Below are positions 1 through 8,939 of a DNA stretch of 32,000 bases, piece by piece (position 1 is the stretch's first letter; the number at the start of each line of letters is the position of its first letter). The position numbers and the translations under genes were made by a program. The notes beneath the pieces were generated by a model that ran no database searches, was not told the origin of the DNA, and saw only the letters and a program-made list of their open reading frames with translations. This DNA is from Nonlabens ponticola (GTDB lineage: Bacteria; Bacteroidota; Bacteroidia; Flavobacteriales; Flavobacteriaceae): assembly GCF_003966335.1 (NCBI RefSeq), contig NZ_CP034549.1, forward strand, positions 2,130,001 through 2,162,000. The letters are read 5' to 3'.

Positions 1-1
1 A

Positions 2-652
2 GTAAACTTTGTAATTCAAAAGCTGGAAGAGCTCTACCCTACTATTCCTATACCTCTTGATCATAAAGATCCATACACATTGCTAATCGCCGTTCTATTG
101 AGCGCTCAAAGCACCGATGTGCGCGTGAATCAAATAACACCATTACTTTTTGAACGAGCAGACAATCCTTATGACATGATAAAAATATCCATAGAGGAAA
201 TCAGAGAAATCATCAAACCTGTAGGCTTGTCACCCATGAAGTCTAAAGGTATTCACGGTCTATCCCATATATTGATCGATAAACATGAGGGTCAGGTGCC
301 ACAAACCTATGAGGATCTAGAGGCCTTGCCTGCCGTGGGTCACAAAACGGCTGCGGTGGTGATGTCACAGGCCTTTGGGATACCGGCTTTTCCCGTGGAC
401 ACTCATATTCATAGGTTGATGTACCGTTGGAATTTAACCAATGGAAAAAACGTGGTGCAAACTGAAAAAGATGCCAAACGCTTGTTTCCAGAAGAAAAAT
501 GGAATGATTTACACCTGCAAATAATATGGTACGGTCGTGAATACAGTCCAGCTCGTGGCTGGGATCTGGAAAAAGATATCATCACAAGTACTGTAGGAAG
601 AAAAAAGGTACTGGATGATTACTATAAAAAGAGAATCCGCACTAAAAAATAG
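2..652 (+). CDS. nth: Endonuclease III family DNA glycosylase/lyase (HhH-GPD), 5' end outside the window
   Basis: The frame is open from position 2 (VNFVIQKLEELYPTIPIPLDHKDPYTLLIAVLLSAQSTD...), upstream of the listed ORF start at 80. HhH motif LEALPAVGHKTAAVV with the catalytic Lys, and VDTHIHR with the catalytic Asp. The C-terminus has no Cys residues, so there is no 4Fe-4S loop. Confidence 0.85.
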   Translation, partial: VNFVIQKLEELYPTIPIPLDHKDPYTLLIAVLLSAQSTDVRVNQITPLLFERADNPYDMIKISIEEIREIIKPVGLSPMKSKGIHGLSHILIDKHEGQVPQTYEDLEALPAVGHKTAAVVMSQAFGIPAFPVDTHIHRLMYRWNLTNGKNVVQTEKDAKRLFPEEKWNDLHLQIIWYGREYSPARGWDLEKDIITSTVGRKKVLDDYYKKRIRTKK

Positions 653-663
653 TGCGGATTCTC
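631..663 (-). terminator. Rho-independent terminator for the minus-strand sigma-factor unit, embedded in the nth 3' end
   Basis: Perfect 13-bp stem (631-643 gagaatccgcact pairs with 651-663 agtgcggattctc) and a 7-nt loop. On the minus strand the hairpin is followed by TTTTTAT (complement of 624-630). There is no T tract on the plus side. Confidence 0.55.
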
Positions 664-680
664 GATCTGAAAACAAAAAT

Positions 681-827
681 CTAATTGTTAAGCGTCTCAA
701 ATATCATGTTCTTGTATCGCGTGACACTTAATGCTTTTGAGTAGTTGAGTATACTACTAATGGTTTCTGGCCTTGGACCTGTAGGTTTCAAACGTTCAGG
801 TGTTGATGAATTGTAAAGTTTTGGCAT
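681..827 (-). CDS. Candidate small ORF (48 aa) downstream of the sigma factor, hypothetical
   Basis: Hand translation gives ATG (827-825) ... TAG (683-681): MPKLYNSSTPERLKPTGPRPETISSILNYSKALSVTRYKNMIFETLNN. It is below the ORF-track length cutoff. It lies 62 nt after the sigma-factor stop and 17 nt before the 631-663 terminator. There is no homology evidence. Confidence 0.3.
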   Translation of the reverse strand: MPKLYNSSTPERLKPTGPRPETISSILNYSKALSVTRYKNMIFETLNN

Positions 828-889
828 GTTTGTATCGTTTATTGATAGTAAAACGATACTTGCTTTAAATTATTATCTATTTAATCCTC

Positions 890-1474
890 TTATTTTGTAA
901 GAATAATATTATGCTTATCGATCACTTTTCGCAAATTGATGAGTGCATATCTCATTCTGCCTAGAGCAGTGTTGATACTTACATCAGTTTGTTCTGCAAT
1001 TTCTTTAAAGGACATTTCCTTGTAGATGCGCATGATGAGTACCTCTCGTTGATCGTCTGGTAATTCATCTACTAACTTGCGCACATCACTGTGAACTTGG
1101 CTTGTAATCAAATCTGACTCGATGCTCTCACATCCATCACTAATGACGTCAAAAATGTCAAAGTCGTTTCTTGCCTGAAACTTAGGCATGCGCTTATTAC
1201 GACGGAAGTGGTCGATGACAAGATTGTGACTTATCCTCATGACCCATGGCAAGAACTTACCTTCCTCATTATACTTACCACGTTTTAGGGTACGTATCAC
1301 TTTAATAAAGGTATCCTGAAAGATATCTTCTGTGATATCACGATTCATGACCTTAGAAAAAATAAAGCTGTAGAGTCTTTGTTTGTGGCGATTGACCAGT
1401 ACTTCTAGAGCACTTTCATTTCCATCCATGTACTGTCTCACGAGGACAGCATCGTTAACGTTGTTCTTTTCCAT
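890..1474 (-). CDS. RNA polymerase sigma-70 family factor (ECF-like)
   Basis: 194 aa. Region 2-like DIFQDTFIKVIRTL...PWVMRISHNLVIDHFRR and region 4 HTH SFKEIAEQTDVSINTALGRMRYALINLR. Confidence 0.85.
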   Translation of the reverse strand: MEKNNVNDAVLVRQYMDGNESALEVLVNRHKQRLYSFIFSKVMNRDITEDIFQDTFIKVIRTLKRGKYNEEGKFLPWVMRISHNLVIDHFRRNKRMPKFQARNDFDIFDVISDGCESIESDLITSQVHSDVRKLVDELPDDQREVLIMRIYKEMSFKEIAEQTDVSINTALGRMRYALINLRKVIDKHNIILTK

Positions 1475-1665
1475 ATAGCAACTACTTAATAGCTAGTTTT
1501 TTATCAACCAGAATTTTTAGAGAGTAGTTTTATGGAATACGCAGATTGTTTATAAATTGTTAACGGGATAAATATAGCAACTTTTATTCCACAATAGCAA
1601 AAATCTATTTTACAATTTAACAATTTAATAGATTTGACCGTTTATCATATCGATCAACGGCTGCT

Positions 1666-1673
1666 TATCTTTG
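1666..1673 (+). promoter_or_regulatory. Candidate Bacteroidota -7 promoter box (TAnnTTTG) for uvrA
   Basis: TATCTTTG is an exact match to TAnnTTTG and ends 6 nt before the uvrA ATG at 1680. This would give a leaderless or near-leaderless mRNA. There is no well-spaced -33 TTG. Confidence 0.3.
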
Positions 1674-1679
1674 TTAGCT

Positions 1680-4484
1680 ATGGCTACAAATCAATTGTTT
1701 GATAATATAGATTCTCTAAGTCCCAAAGAGAATATTCTCATAAAAGGTGCACAATTGCACAACCTCAAAAATCTCAATGCCGTCATACCACGCAACGAGC
1801 TGGTTGTGATAACTGGTTTATCCGGTAGCGGTAAATCATCGCTAGCATTTGATACCTTGTATGCCGAAGGTCAACGCAGGTATGTCGAGAGTCTATCGTC
1901 TTATGCACGCCAGTTTTTAGGAAGGCTCAATAAGCCTAAAGTGGAGTACATAAAAGGAATTGCACCAGCCATCGCGATTGAACAGAAAGTAAATTCTACC
2001 AATCCACGATCTACGGTAGGAACCACGACAGAGGTTTATGATTATCTCAAGTTGCTATTTGCCCGTATAGGTCGCACCATCTCGCCTATCTCTGGCGATG
2101 AAGTAAAGAAAGATACGATTACAGATGTTGTCAATTATATAAAAGAGCAAGAAGAAGGCACCAAACTTTTGCTCACGACAAGACTTCTTATTAAAGGTAA
2201 GCGTGATGTAAAGGAGCAGCTAGCAGTGCTTTTACAGCAAGGATTTACCAGGATAAAAGTCAATGATCAGGTAGTGCGCATTGATCAGGATGATTTAAAC
2301 GTATCAAAAAAAGATGAAGTTTTCATAGTCATCGATCGTATTATCAAACGAGATGATGAGGATTTTTTCAATCGCCTGGCAGATGCTATTGATACTGCGT
2401 TTTTTGAAGGTAAAGGTGTCGCCTATATTGAACACATGGATGGCAGCAAACGTCGTGAGTTTACTAATAAATTTGAGCTGGACGGCATGGAGTTTCTGGA
2501 ACCTAATCCTCATTTATTCAGTTTTAATAATCCGTATGGCGCCTGTCCTAAATGCGAAGGTTATGGCGATGTCATAGGGATTGATGAGGATCTTGTGATA
2601 CCCAACACAGCTTTATCGGTTTATGAGAGCGCAGTCTTCCCATGGCGCGGTGAGAATATGAAATGGTACAAAGAGCAACTCATAAAAAATGCTGACAAAT
2701 TTAATTTCCCTATACATAGGCCTTGGTTTGAATTGACTGAACAGGAAAAGAATCTAGTTTGGGATGGTAACAAATACTTTAGTGGTATCAATGATTTTTT
2801 TGCAGAGCTTGAAGCCAAAGCCTACAAAATTCAAAATCGTGTGATGCTTTCTCGCTATCGCGGTAAGACTAGATGTTTACAGTGTAAAGGCAAGCGATTG
2901 CGCAAAGAGGCCAACTATGTGAAGATCAATGGAACCACCATTACAGATCTTGTTGAGATGCCTATCAAGAAGTTGAAACCATTTTTTGACGAGCTAGAAC
3001 TCAATACTACCGAAGAGCAAATTGCCAAAAGATTACTTAAAGAAATCAGATCGCGACTCAATTTCCTGTCAGATGTTGGGCTTAATTATTTGACACTCAA
3101 CCGTAAGTCAAACACCTTATCCGGTGGTGAATCCCAGCGCATCAATCTTGCTACTTCGCTGGGCAGCAGCTTGGTTGGCAGTATGTATATTCTAGATGAA
3201 CCTAGCATAGGGCTACATCCTCGAGATACGGCGCGACTCATCAAGGTGCTCAAGAACTTGCGCGATCTAGGCAACACGGTTATCGTCGTCGAGCATGATG
3301 AGGAAATCATGCAGGCCGCAGATCGCATCATTGATATAGGTCCTGAGGCTGGCACCCATGGTGGTGAGGTCGTTGCGGCAGGCACACTTGCAGAGATACT
3401 GGAAAGTAGCAGCTTAACCGCTAGCTATCTCAATGGGTCTATGGAGATTCCGCTTCCGCGAAAGCGTAACAAGCACAAATATTACATTGACATTAAAGGA
3501 GCGCGCGAGAATAACTTGAAAAACATTGATGTGCGCTTCCCACTAGGTGTACTTACCATGGTCACTGGTGTTTCAGGTAGTGGAAAAAGTACGCTCGTAA
3601 AGCAGATACTGTATCCAGCTATCATGAAAAAGCTAGGTGGTTACGGTCAAAAACCAGGACAATTCACGGATATATCTGGAAAGTATGAGAACCTAAAAAC
3701 CGTTGAGTTTATTGACCAGAATCCCATAGGTCGTAGCTCGCGTTCCAATCCTGTGACGTATATCAAAGCCTATGATGACATACGTAATTTGATGTCCAAC
3801 CAAAAGTTGTCTCATATCAGGAATTATAAACCAAAGCATTTCTCATTTAATGTGGACGGCGGTCGCTGTGAAACCTGTAAAGGTGATGGTGAGGTAACAA
3901 TCGAGATGCAGTTCATGGCAGATGTCACACTGGTTTGCGAGACCTGTAATGGCAAGCGATTCAAGAAAGATATACTAGAGGTCACGTTTGTAGATAAAAA
4001 TATTGACGATATTCTGAATCTGACGATTGATGACGCCATGGATTTTTTCACAGCGCAAGGAGAAGATAAAATTGCTCGTAAAATCAAGCCGTTAAAAGAT
4101 GTAGGTCTAGGATATGTGACTTTGGGACAAAGCAGCTCTACTCTGTCTGGTGGTGAGGCACAAAGAATAAAACTTGCTAGTTTCTTGGTTAAAGGAACAA
4201 CCAAGGACAAGACGCTATTCATTTTTGACGAGCCTACAACAGGACTTCACTTTCATGATATCAATAAACTATTGGACAGTTTTAATGCACTTATTGAAAA
4301 GGGACATAGCGTGATTGTTATTGAACACAACATGGATCTTGCAAAATGTGCCGATCATATCATCGATCTTGGTCCCAATGGTGGTGCAGATGGTGGATAT
4401 CTAGTGGCGTCAGGAACACCGGAAGAAGTTGCACAGGTAACCGAAAGTTATACGGCACCTTATATAGCAGAAAAGCTATCTTAG
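1680..4484 (+). CDS. uvrA: Excinuclease ABC subunit A
   Basis: Two Walker A motifs (GLSGSGKSS, GVSGSGKST), two LSGGE signatures, and zinc modules CPKCEGYG and CETCKGDG...CETCNG. ATG 1680 (MATNQLF) is preferred over the track's TTG at 1671, which lies inside the putative -7 box. Confidence 0.97.
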   Translation: MATNQLFDNIDSLSPKENILIKGAQLHNLKNLNAVIPRNELVVITGLSGSGKSSLAFDTLYAEGQRRYVESLSSYARQFLGRLNKPKVEYIKGIAPAIAIEQKVNSTNPRSTVGTTTEVYDYLKLLFARIGRTISPISGDEVKKDTITDVVNYIKEQEEGTKLLLTTRLLIKGKRDVKEQLAVLLQQGFTRIKVNDQVVRIDQDDLNVSKKDEVFIVIDRIIKRDDEDFFNRLADAIDTAFFEGKGVAYIEHMDGSKRREFTNKFELDGMEFLEPNPHLFSFNNPYGACPKCEGYGDVIGIDEDLVIPNTALSVYESAVFPWRGENMKWYKEQLIKNADKFNFPIHRPWFELTEQEKNLVWDGNKYFSGINDFFAELEAKAYKIQNRVMLSRYRGKTRCLQCKGKRLRKEANYVKINGTTITDLVEMPIKKLKPFFDELELNTTEEQIAKRLLKEIRSRLNFLSDVGLNYLTLNRKSNTLSGGESQRINLATSLGSSLVGSMYILDEPSIGLHPRDTARLIKVLKNLRDLGNTVIVVEHDEEIMQAADRIIDIGPEAGTHGGEVVAAGTLAEILESSSLTASYLNGSMEIPLPRKRNKHKYYIDIKGARENNLKNIDVRFPLGVLTMVTGVSGSGKSTLVKQILYPAIMKKLGGYGQKPGQFTDISGKYENLKTVEFIDQNPIGRSSRSNPVTYIKAYDDIRNLMSNQKLSHIRNYKPKHFSFNVDGGRCETCKGDGEVTIEMQFMADVTLVCETCNGKRFKKDILEVTFVDKNIDDILNLTIDDAMDFFTAQGEDKIARKIKPLKDVGLGYVTLGQSSSTLSGGEAQRIKLASFLVKGTTKDKTLFIFDEPTTGLHFHDINKLLDSFNALIEKGHSVIVIEHNMDLAKCADHIIDLGPNGGADGGYLVASGTPEEVAQVTESYTAPYIAEKLS
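3452..3465. repeat. Iterated palindrome, one-mismatch copy GCTTCCGCGAAAGC (inside uvrA)
   Basis: Differs from the consensus only at 3456 (T to C). The right flank GTAAC is as in other copies. It encodes LPRKR in the linker before the second Walker A. Confidence 0.7.
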
Positions 4485-4502
4485 TAATCTAATCAATGAT
4501 CT

Positions 4503-5576
4503 ATGATGATTAAGCCTAGATTCCGCAGACGTGCGACGCCCAAAAGCATCAATACCGTTTTTCAACCACCAGGAACTATATCTTATGTAGGTGAACAACG
4601 CACAGAAGAGGTTACCACCGAGACCATTCTTTATAATGAACATGAGTTCTCACAGCAAGAAGGAATATTACTAGATCGTCTAGAGGATGACCAGGTCAAT
4701 TGGTATAATATCGATGGAGTACATGATATCAATCTTCTTGAGCGTGTAGGTGATAAATTCAACATCCATCCTTTGTTACTAGAGGACATTGCAAACACAA
4801 CACAGCGACCCAAAACAGAGTTCTATCCTGAAGGTATCTATCAATGTATCAAGATGATAAGCTATGATGCGACCCATCATGAGTTGATGGATGAGCAAGT
4901 AAGCATTTTATTGACTCAACATGCGGTTCTCACCTTTCAAGAAAAGACAGGCGACGTCTTTGAAAGTATCAGGGAACGCATTGCAAATTCACGCGGCCGC
5001 ATAAGAACTAGTGGTAACGACTATTTGTTCTATGCACTCATGGACAGCATCATAGACCATTATTTTGTGGCTATTGAGCAAATAGGTGAATATCTCAACA
5101 ATCTAGAAGATGAGATATTTGACGAGCCTGATAAGGAATCGTTAGAGAAAGTTCAAAAAAATAAAAGACTACTGCTGACATTGAGACGTGCGATCTATCC
5201 GCTTAGAGAATCCATAAGTCGCCTATTGAAAGAAGAAAGTCCTTTTATGGACAATCAGATTAAAAGTTACTTGCAGGATGCTTATGACCACTGTATTCAA
5301 ATAATAGAAACAGTCGAGTCCTATCGTGAAATTAATGCTGGATTACGCGATATGTATTTATCAAGTGTGAGTCATAAGATGAATCAGATCATGCAGGTTC
5401 TTACCATCATGTCGTCCATTTTTATACCTATGACCTTTCTCGCAGGTATCTATGGGATGAACTTTGAACATATTCCAGAACTTACCTGGGAACACGGTTA
5501 TAGATACTTCTGGATTATGTGTGGTATCATGTTTATATCCTTACTGGGATTCTTTAAATGGAAGAAGTGGCTGTGA
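4503..5576 (+). CDS. corA: Magnesium/cobalt transporter CorA
   Basis: 357 aa. YGMNF signature followed by two C-terminal TM helices. It starts 18 nt after the uvrA stop, so the two are probably co-transcribed. Confidence 0.9.
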   Translation: MMIKPRFRRRATPKSINTVFQPPGTISYVGEQRTEEVTTETILYNEHEFSQQEGILLDRLEDDQVNWYNIDGVHDINLLERVGDKFNIHPLLLEDIANTTQRPKTEFYPEGIYQCIKMISYDATHHELMDEQVSILLTQHAVLTFQEKTGDVFESIRERIANSRGRIRTSGNDYLFYALMDSIIDHYFVAIEQIGEYLNNLEDEIFDEPDKESLEKVQKNKRLLLTLRRAIYPLRESISRLLKEESPFMDNQIKSYLQDAYDHCIQIIETVESYREINAGLRDMYLSSVSHKMNQIMQVLTIMSSIFIPMTFLAGIYGMNFEHIPELTWEHGYRYFWIMCGIMFISLLGFFKWKKWL

Positions 5577-5684
5577 TTTATTATGCGTGCATACTATTTT
5601 GGCACGCGCTTTGTAATATGTATTACGAGAGTCATTTACAGAGTTTAAATTTCTTTCAAATAAAGTTTTTTGGTTGGTTAGTTG

Positions 5685-5726
5685 GAAATCCTGAGTAGTC
5701 TTCTTGACACTCGGGATTTCTTTTTA
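5685..5726 (+). terminator. Rho-independent terminator after corA
   Basis: 12-bp stem (5685-5696 gaaatcctgagt pairs with 5709-5720 actcgggatttc, one G-U pair), 12-nt loop, then TTTTT at 5721-5725. Confidence 0.7.
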
Positions 5727-5762
5727 CATAGGTCTTTCTAGTCTAATGAATATCTTTATCCT

Positions 5763-6353
5763 ATGAAACAACTCTTTTACTTTATAGCGCTCGTACTATT
5801 AATTTCTTGCAACAATCCAGAATCGCAGACTAATGCTTCTCCAATTTCAGAAGTTTCAACAGACTCAATCGTGGAGACCAAGAAAATGAAAAAATTCCCA
5901 GAAGACTTTCTAGGAATCTATAAGGGTGATTTGATCGTTACAAATAGCGCTGGAGATCAAATAGTTCCTATGGAATTTCAAATGCTCGCTACCCAAAATA
6001 AGGATAAGTATATCTATAAGATCAAATACGGTGTTGAGAAAGAAACCCGCAACTATAATCTTGAGCGTACAAGCAATCCCAATCTTTTTTTAGTGGATGA
6101 AAATAATGGTATAATTCTCGAAAGTGCATATGCTAACCAGACACTCTACAGTATTTATGAAGTTCAGGGAAACCTATTGCAAAGCACAGAGATATTCTAT
6201 GATGACCGCATGGAGTTTATGATAGGTCTGGCGAGAGTAAGAGACACTTCATTGACAGGAAATGAGGAAAGTGCGAAAGTTAAAAATTATCCGTTATCTG
6301 TAATGCAGCGTGCGACACTTATGAAGCAGCAGGATTCCACAGCTACAAATTGA
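5763..6353 (+). CDS. Hypothetical lipoprotein
   Basis: 196 aa. Signal peptide with lipobox (FIALVLLISC). No recognisable catalytic motifs. Confidence 0.6.
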   Translation: MKQLFYFIALVLLISCNNPESQTNASPISEVSTDSIVETKKMKKFPEDFLGIYKGDLIVTNSAGDQIVPMEFQMLATQNKDKYIYKIKYGVEKETRNYNLERTSNPNLFLVDENNGIILESAYANQTLYSIYEVQGNLLQSTEIFYDDRMEFMIGLARVRDTSLTGNEESAKVKNYPLSVMQRATLMKQQDSTATN

Positions 6354-6506
6354 AATTATTCTGGCACGGTTTAAAGTTCTAGAAGATTATTTTGAGGAAG
6401 AATTTTTAAACAATCACTTCGGCCGCTGACAAGGATTAAAAAATAAGACTTTAAAATTAAATTTTATCAGTCCACTAAAACCGCGTGTAGCCGTCTGAAA
6501 TTAAAC

Positions 6507-6531
6507 AACGCTCTTGAAAATCAAGAGCGTT
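6507..6531. terminator. Bidirectional hairpin terminator between convergent genes
   Basis: 11-bp perfect stem (6507-6517 aacgctcttga pairs with 6521-6531 tcaagagcgtt) with a 3-nt loop. Both flanks are T-rich in the direction of transcription. It lies between the 5763-6353 (+) and 6574-7830 (-) 3' ends. Confidence 0.6.
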
Positions 6532-6550
6532 TATGATATTTAATAGTTAC

Positions 6551-6564
6551 GCTTTCGCGAAAGC
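6551..6564. repeat. Iterated palindrome GCTTTCGCGAAAGC, exact copy (intergenic)
   Basis: Exact 14-mer, 9 nt downstream of the stop of the 6574-7830 gene. Flanks are gttac / taac. Confidence 0.95.
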
Positions 6565-6573
6565 TAACTTATA

Positions 6574-7830
6574 TTATGCCATAGCTGCTGCTACACCAGC
6601 ACTCATACGTTTATATATACCTTTATCTAGGCGTTCTCTAATAGCGTCAAAGGCATCCAGAGTTTCCTCGATATCTTGCATAGTATGCGATGCGGTTGGT
6701 ATCAATCTCAACAAGATCAATCCTTTAGGTATTACTGGATACACCACTATACTACAGAATACACCATAGTTTTCACGCAGGTCTTTTACCAGAGCCATGG
6801 CTTCTGGTATACTACCCTTTAAGTAAACAGGTGTTACACAACTTTGTGTGGTACCTATATCAAAACCTCTTTTCTTGAGGCCTGACTGCAAGGCATTTAC
6901 ATTATCCCAAAGTTTTTCTTTTAACTCTGGCATCGTGCGCAACATGTCAAGACGCTTTAAAGCACCTTTAACTAGTTGCATTTGCAATGATTTAGCAAAC
7001 ATCTGCGAGCGCAGATTGTATTTCAAGTAATCTATGATCTCTTTATCAGCAGCAATAAAAGCACCTGTACTTGCAAGAGACTTTGCAAATGTGGCAAAGT
7101 ACACATCAATTTGATCTTGAACACCTTGCTCCTGTCCTGCTCCAGCACCTGTTTTTCCTAATGTTCCAAAACCGTGCGCATCATCGACAAAAAGACGGAA
7201 GTTGTACTTCTCTTTAAGTGCGACAATCTCCTTCAACTTTCCTTGCTCACCGCGCATACCGAAAACACCTTCTGAAATCACTAGGATTCCGCCGCCAGTT
7301 TCCTCTGCGATTTTTGTCGCGCGTTGCAAGTTCTTTTCTATACTTTCAAGATCATTGTGCTTGTAAGTAAATCGCTTACCGTGGTGCAATCTCACACCAT
7401 CAATGATACAAGCATGTGCATCGACATCATAAACGATAACATCATCTTTGGAAACCAATGCATCAACGGTAGATACCATTCCTTGATAACCGAAGTTCAA
7501 TAGGTAAGCTGCTTCTTTCTCAACAAACTCTGCTAACTCGTCTTGAAGTTGCTCGTGCATATCAGTGTGACCACTCATCATACGAGCACCCATTGGGTAA
7601 GCACTACCATACTCTGCAGCTGCCTCTGCATCTACTTTGCGTACTTCTGGGTGATTAGCGAGTCCTAGATAGTCATTGACACTCCAGGTAATTACCTCAC
7701 GACCATTAAATTGCATACGGTTTGCAATAGGCCCTTCAAGTTTTGGGAATACAAAGTAACCTTCGGCAACAGATGCCCATTTACCTAGTGGTCCTTTGTC
7801 TTTATAAATCTTATCAAATAAGTCTTTCAT
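6574..7830 (-). CDS. PLP-dependent alpha-oxoamine synthase family acyltransferase, serine palmitoyltransferase / cysteate-C-fatty-acyltransferase (CapB/SulA)-like
   Basis: 418 aa. NDYLGLANHP motif, HG-rich DDAHGFG, and PLP-lysine context ATFAKSLASTGAFIAAD. That context resembles Bacteroidota SPT/CFAT-type enzymes (TFSKSLAS) more than E. coli Kbl (TLGKALGG). The family call is firm. The substrate call is inference. Confidence 0.85.
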   Translation of the reverse strand: MKDLFDKIYKDKGPLGKWASVAEGYFVFPKLEGPIANRMQFNGREVITWSVNDYLGLANHPEVRKVDAEAAAEYGSAYPMGARMMSGHTDMHEQLQDELAEFVEKEAAYLLNFGYQGMVSTVDALVSKDDVIVYDVDAHACIIDGVRLHHGKRFTYKHNDLESIEKNLQRATKIAEETGGGILVISEGVFGMRGEQGKLKEIVALKEKYNFRLFVDDAHGFGTLGKTGAGAGQEQGVQDQIDVYFATFAKSLASTGAFIAADKEIIDYLKYNLRSQMFAKSLQMQLVKGALKRLDMLRTMPELKEKLWDNVNALQSGLKKRGFDIGTTQSCVTPVYLKGSIPEAMALVKDLRENYGVFCSIVVYPVIPKGLILLRLIPTASHTMQDIEETLDAFDAIRERLDKGIYKRMSAGVAAAMA

Positions 7831-7847
7831 CCTACAAATTAAGTAGG

Positions 7848-7855
7848 CAAATATA
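7848..7855 (-). promoter_or_regulatory. Candidate -7 promoter box (TAnnTTTG) for the 6574-7830 gene
   Basis: The minus strand reads TATATTTG, an exact consensus match, ending 17 nt upstream of the ATG at 7830. Confidence 0.4.
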
Positions 7856-7998
7856 CGACAGAAACCGCATTATTCCTATGCTAACGAGCGATCTACGAAA
7901 GCGTTATAGTTAATAACTTGTTGAAATGTAGCGTGTTGAATTTGAAAGGAGTTGATACTGGAAGAAATGAAAATCTGTTAGTCTAATACATAATATAC

Positions 7999-8349
7999 TC
8001 ACTCATCGTCCAATCTCACATCGGTGACTTTATAAAATTGTTCGGGAAACAAATTTGCTGTACAAATGAAAATCCCTTCTTCCGATCGTTCCATTTGAAA
8101 CGTGATGTTTATTCCTTCAGTCTTAAATTGATCAGGTAGTGTTGCGGTGATTATATCGTATTCAAAAAAATCAACCTCAATGGAATAAGCCGAATCGCCT
8201 GCATCTGTAGAACATGAAGCTGGACCGACAACTGTACCGTTCACCATGTCATTATCAGCATCATCATCTGATGAGCAGCTACTAAGGAAACATAGAAATA
8301 TGGTGAATAGAATACCGATATATTTGAAGCGTTGAAGAAGAAAATACAT
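7999..8349 (-). CDS. Hypothetical small lipoprotein
   Basis: 116 aa. Signal peptide plus lipobox (FLCFLSSCSSDDD). No recognisable domain. Confidence 0.55.
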   Translation of the reverse strand: MYFLLQRFKYIGILFTIFLCFLSSCSSDDDADNDMVNGTVVGPASCSTDAGDSAYSIEVDFFEYDIITATLPDQFKTEGINITFQMERSEEGIFICTANLFPEQFYKVTDVRLDDE

Positions 8350-8366
8350 ATACTGAAAATTAATTA

Positions 8367-8924
8367 TTAATCACGCCCTAAATTAATAACAATGATTTTA
8401 TTTGAATCTTCATGAGTAGTGATAATAGTGAAGAAATATTCATACGATATTAATTTTTGCAACCTTGGTTTTGCAATATTCTCGGCATCACAGAAATAAA
8501 ATTTTCGCGTTTTTGAATTTTCAAGTGCAAGTTTTTGAGTGTAGTACAGTTGAAATAAATTTAATTGATCCGCCAACTTGTTCCAGCCCTCATTTCTCCA
8601 ATAACAGATATACTCCTCAATCTTTAATAAGTAATCTTCGTAGTTTAATTCTATAAAATCCGATTCAACGATACTACCCTTGATGATAGGACCGTACAAC
8701 TCGATTACATCACTTTCTTCAGGAAACGATTTGAAATAGCTTTTAAATTTATCGTTCCTAATCTTGAGTTGATCATCACTATAGAAATATGGTTTTTTCA
8801 ACAAACCGAATTTTAGGAGATCCTTAAGGCTAGCGTTCGGATTATCAGATTCCAAAACATTAAACACACCAAATCCATTCTCATCAATGATTTTGAATTC
8901 GTGCTCTATATGATTTAAAAGCAT
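8367..8924 (-). CDS. Hypothetical protein, AT-rich orphan
   Basis: 185 aa with no signal peptide and rich in Y/F/K/E/N. Hand counts on four 60-nt lines gave 25-35% G+C, versus about 42% on sampled lines of the flanking genes. Confidence 0.5.
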   Translation of the reverse strand: MLLNHIEHEFKIIDENGFGVFNVLESDNPNASLKDLLKFGLLKKPYFYSDDQLKIRNDKFKSYFKSFPEESDVIELYGPIIKGSIVESDFIELNYEDYLLKIEEYICYWRNEGWNKLADQLNLFQLYYTQKLALENSKTRKFYFCDAENIAKPRLQKLISYEYFFTIITTHEDSNKIIVINLGRD

Positions 8925-8939
8925 AAATGGAAAATAAAC

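Noticed and set aside
3086-4222. Long antisense ORFs inside uvrA (3086-3385, 3824-4222). Similar shadow ORFs occur in ltaE (13468-13756), the TonB receptor gene (15481-15768), the Fe-S genes (23583-24368), mlaD (26384-26929) and the LptD-like gene.
   Set aside because: These are shadow ORFs opposite strongly supported genes. Their Ser/Pro/Arg-rich, low-complexity translations are typical of antisense frames.
5751-5758. TATCTTTA as a -7 promoter box for the 5763 lipoprotein gene
   Set aside because: It is one mismatch from TAnnTTTG and ends only 4 nt before the ATG, so the transcription start would fall inside the ORF.
6533-6769. Short track ORFs containing YAFAKA/FAFAKA peptides (6533-6769 +, 24355-24570 -, 18673-19137 +)
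   Set aside because: These are artefacts of reading through the palindrome. They overlap better-supported genes on the opposite strand or lie in intergenic DNA, and they have no coding character.
7882-7906. Possible degenerate tenth palindrome copy (taacgagcgatctacgaaagcgtta) upstream of the 6574-7830 gene
   Set aside because: Only the right half (CGAAAGCGT, 7896-7904) matches, and the left half is unrelated. A 9-mer match is within chance for a window of this size.
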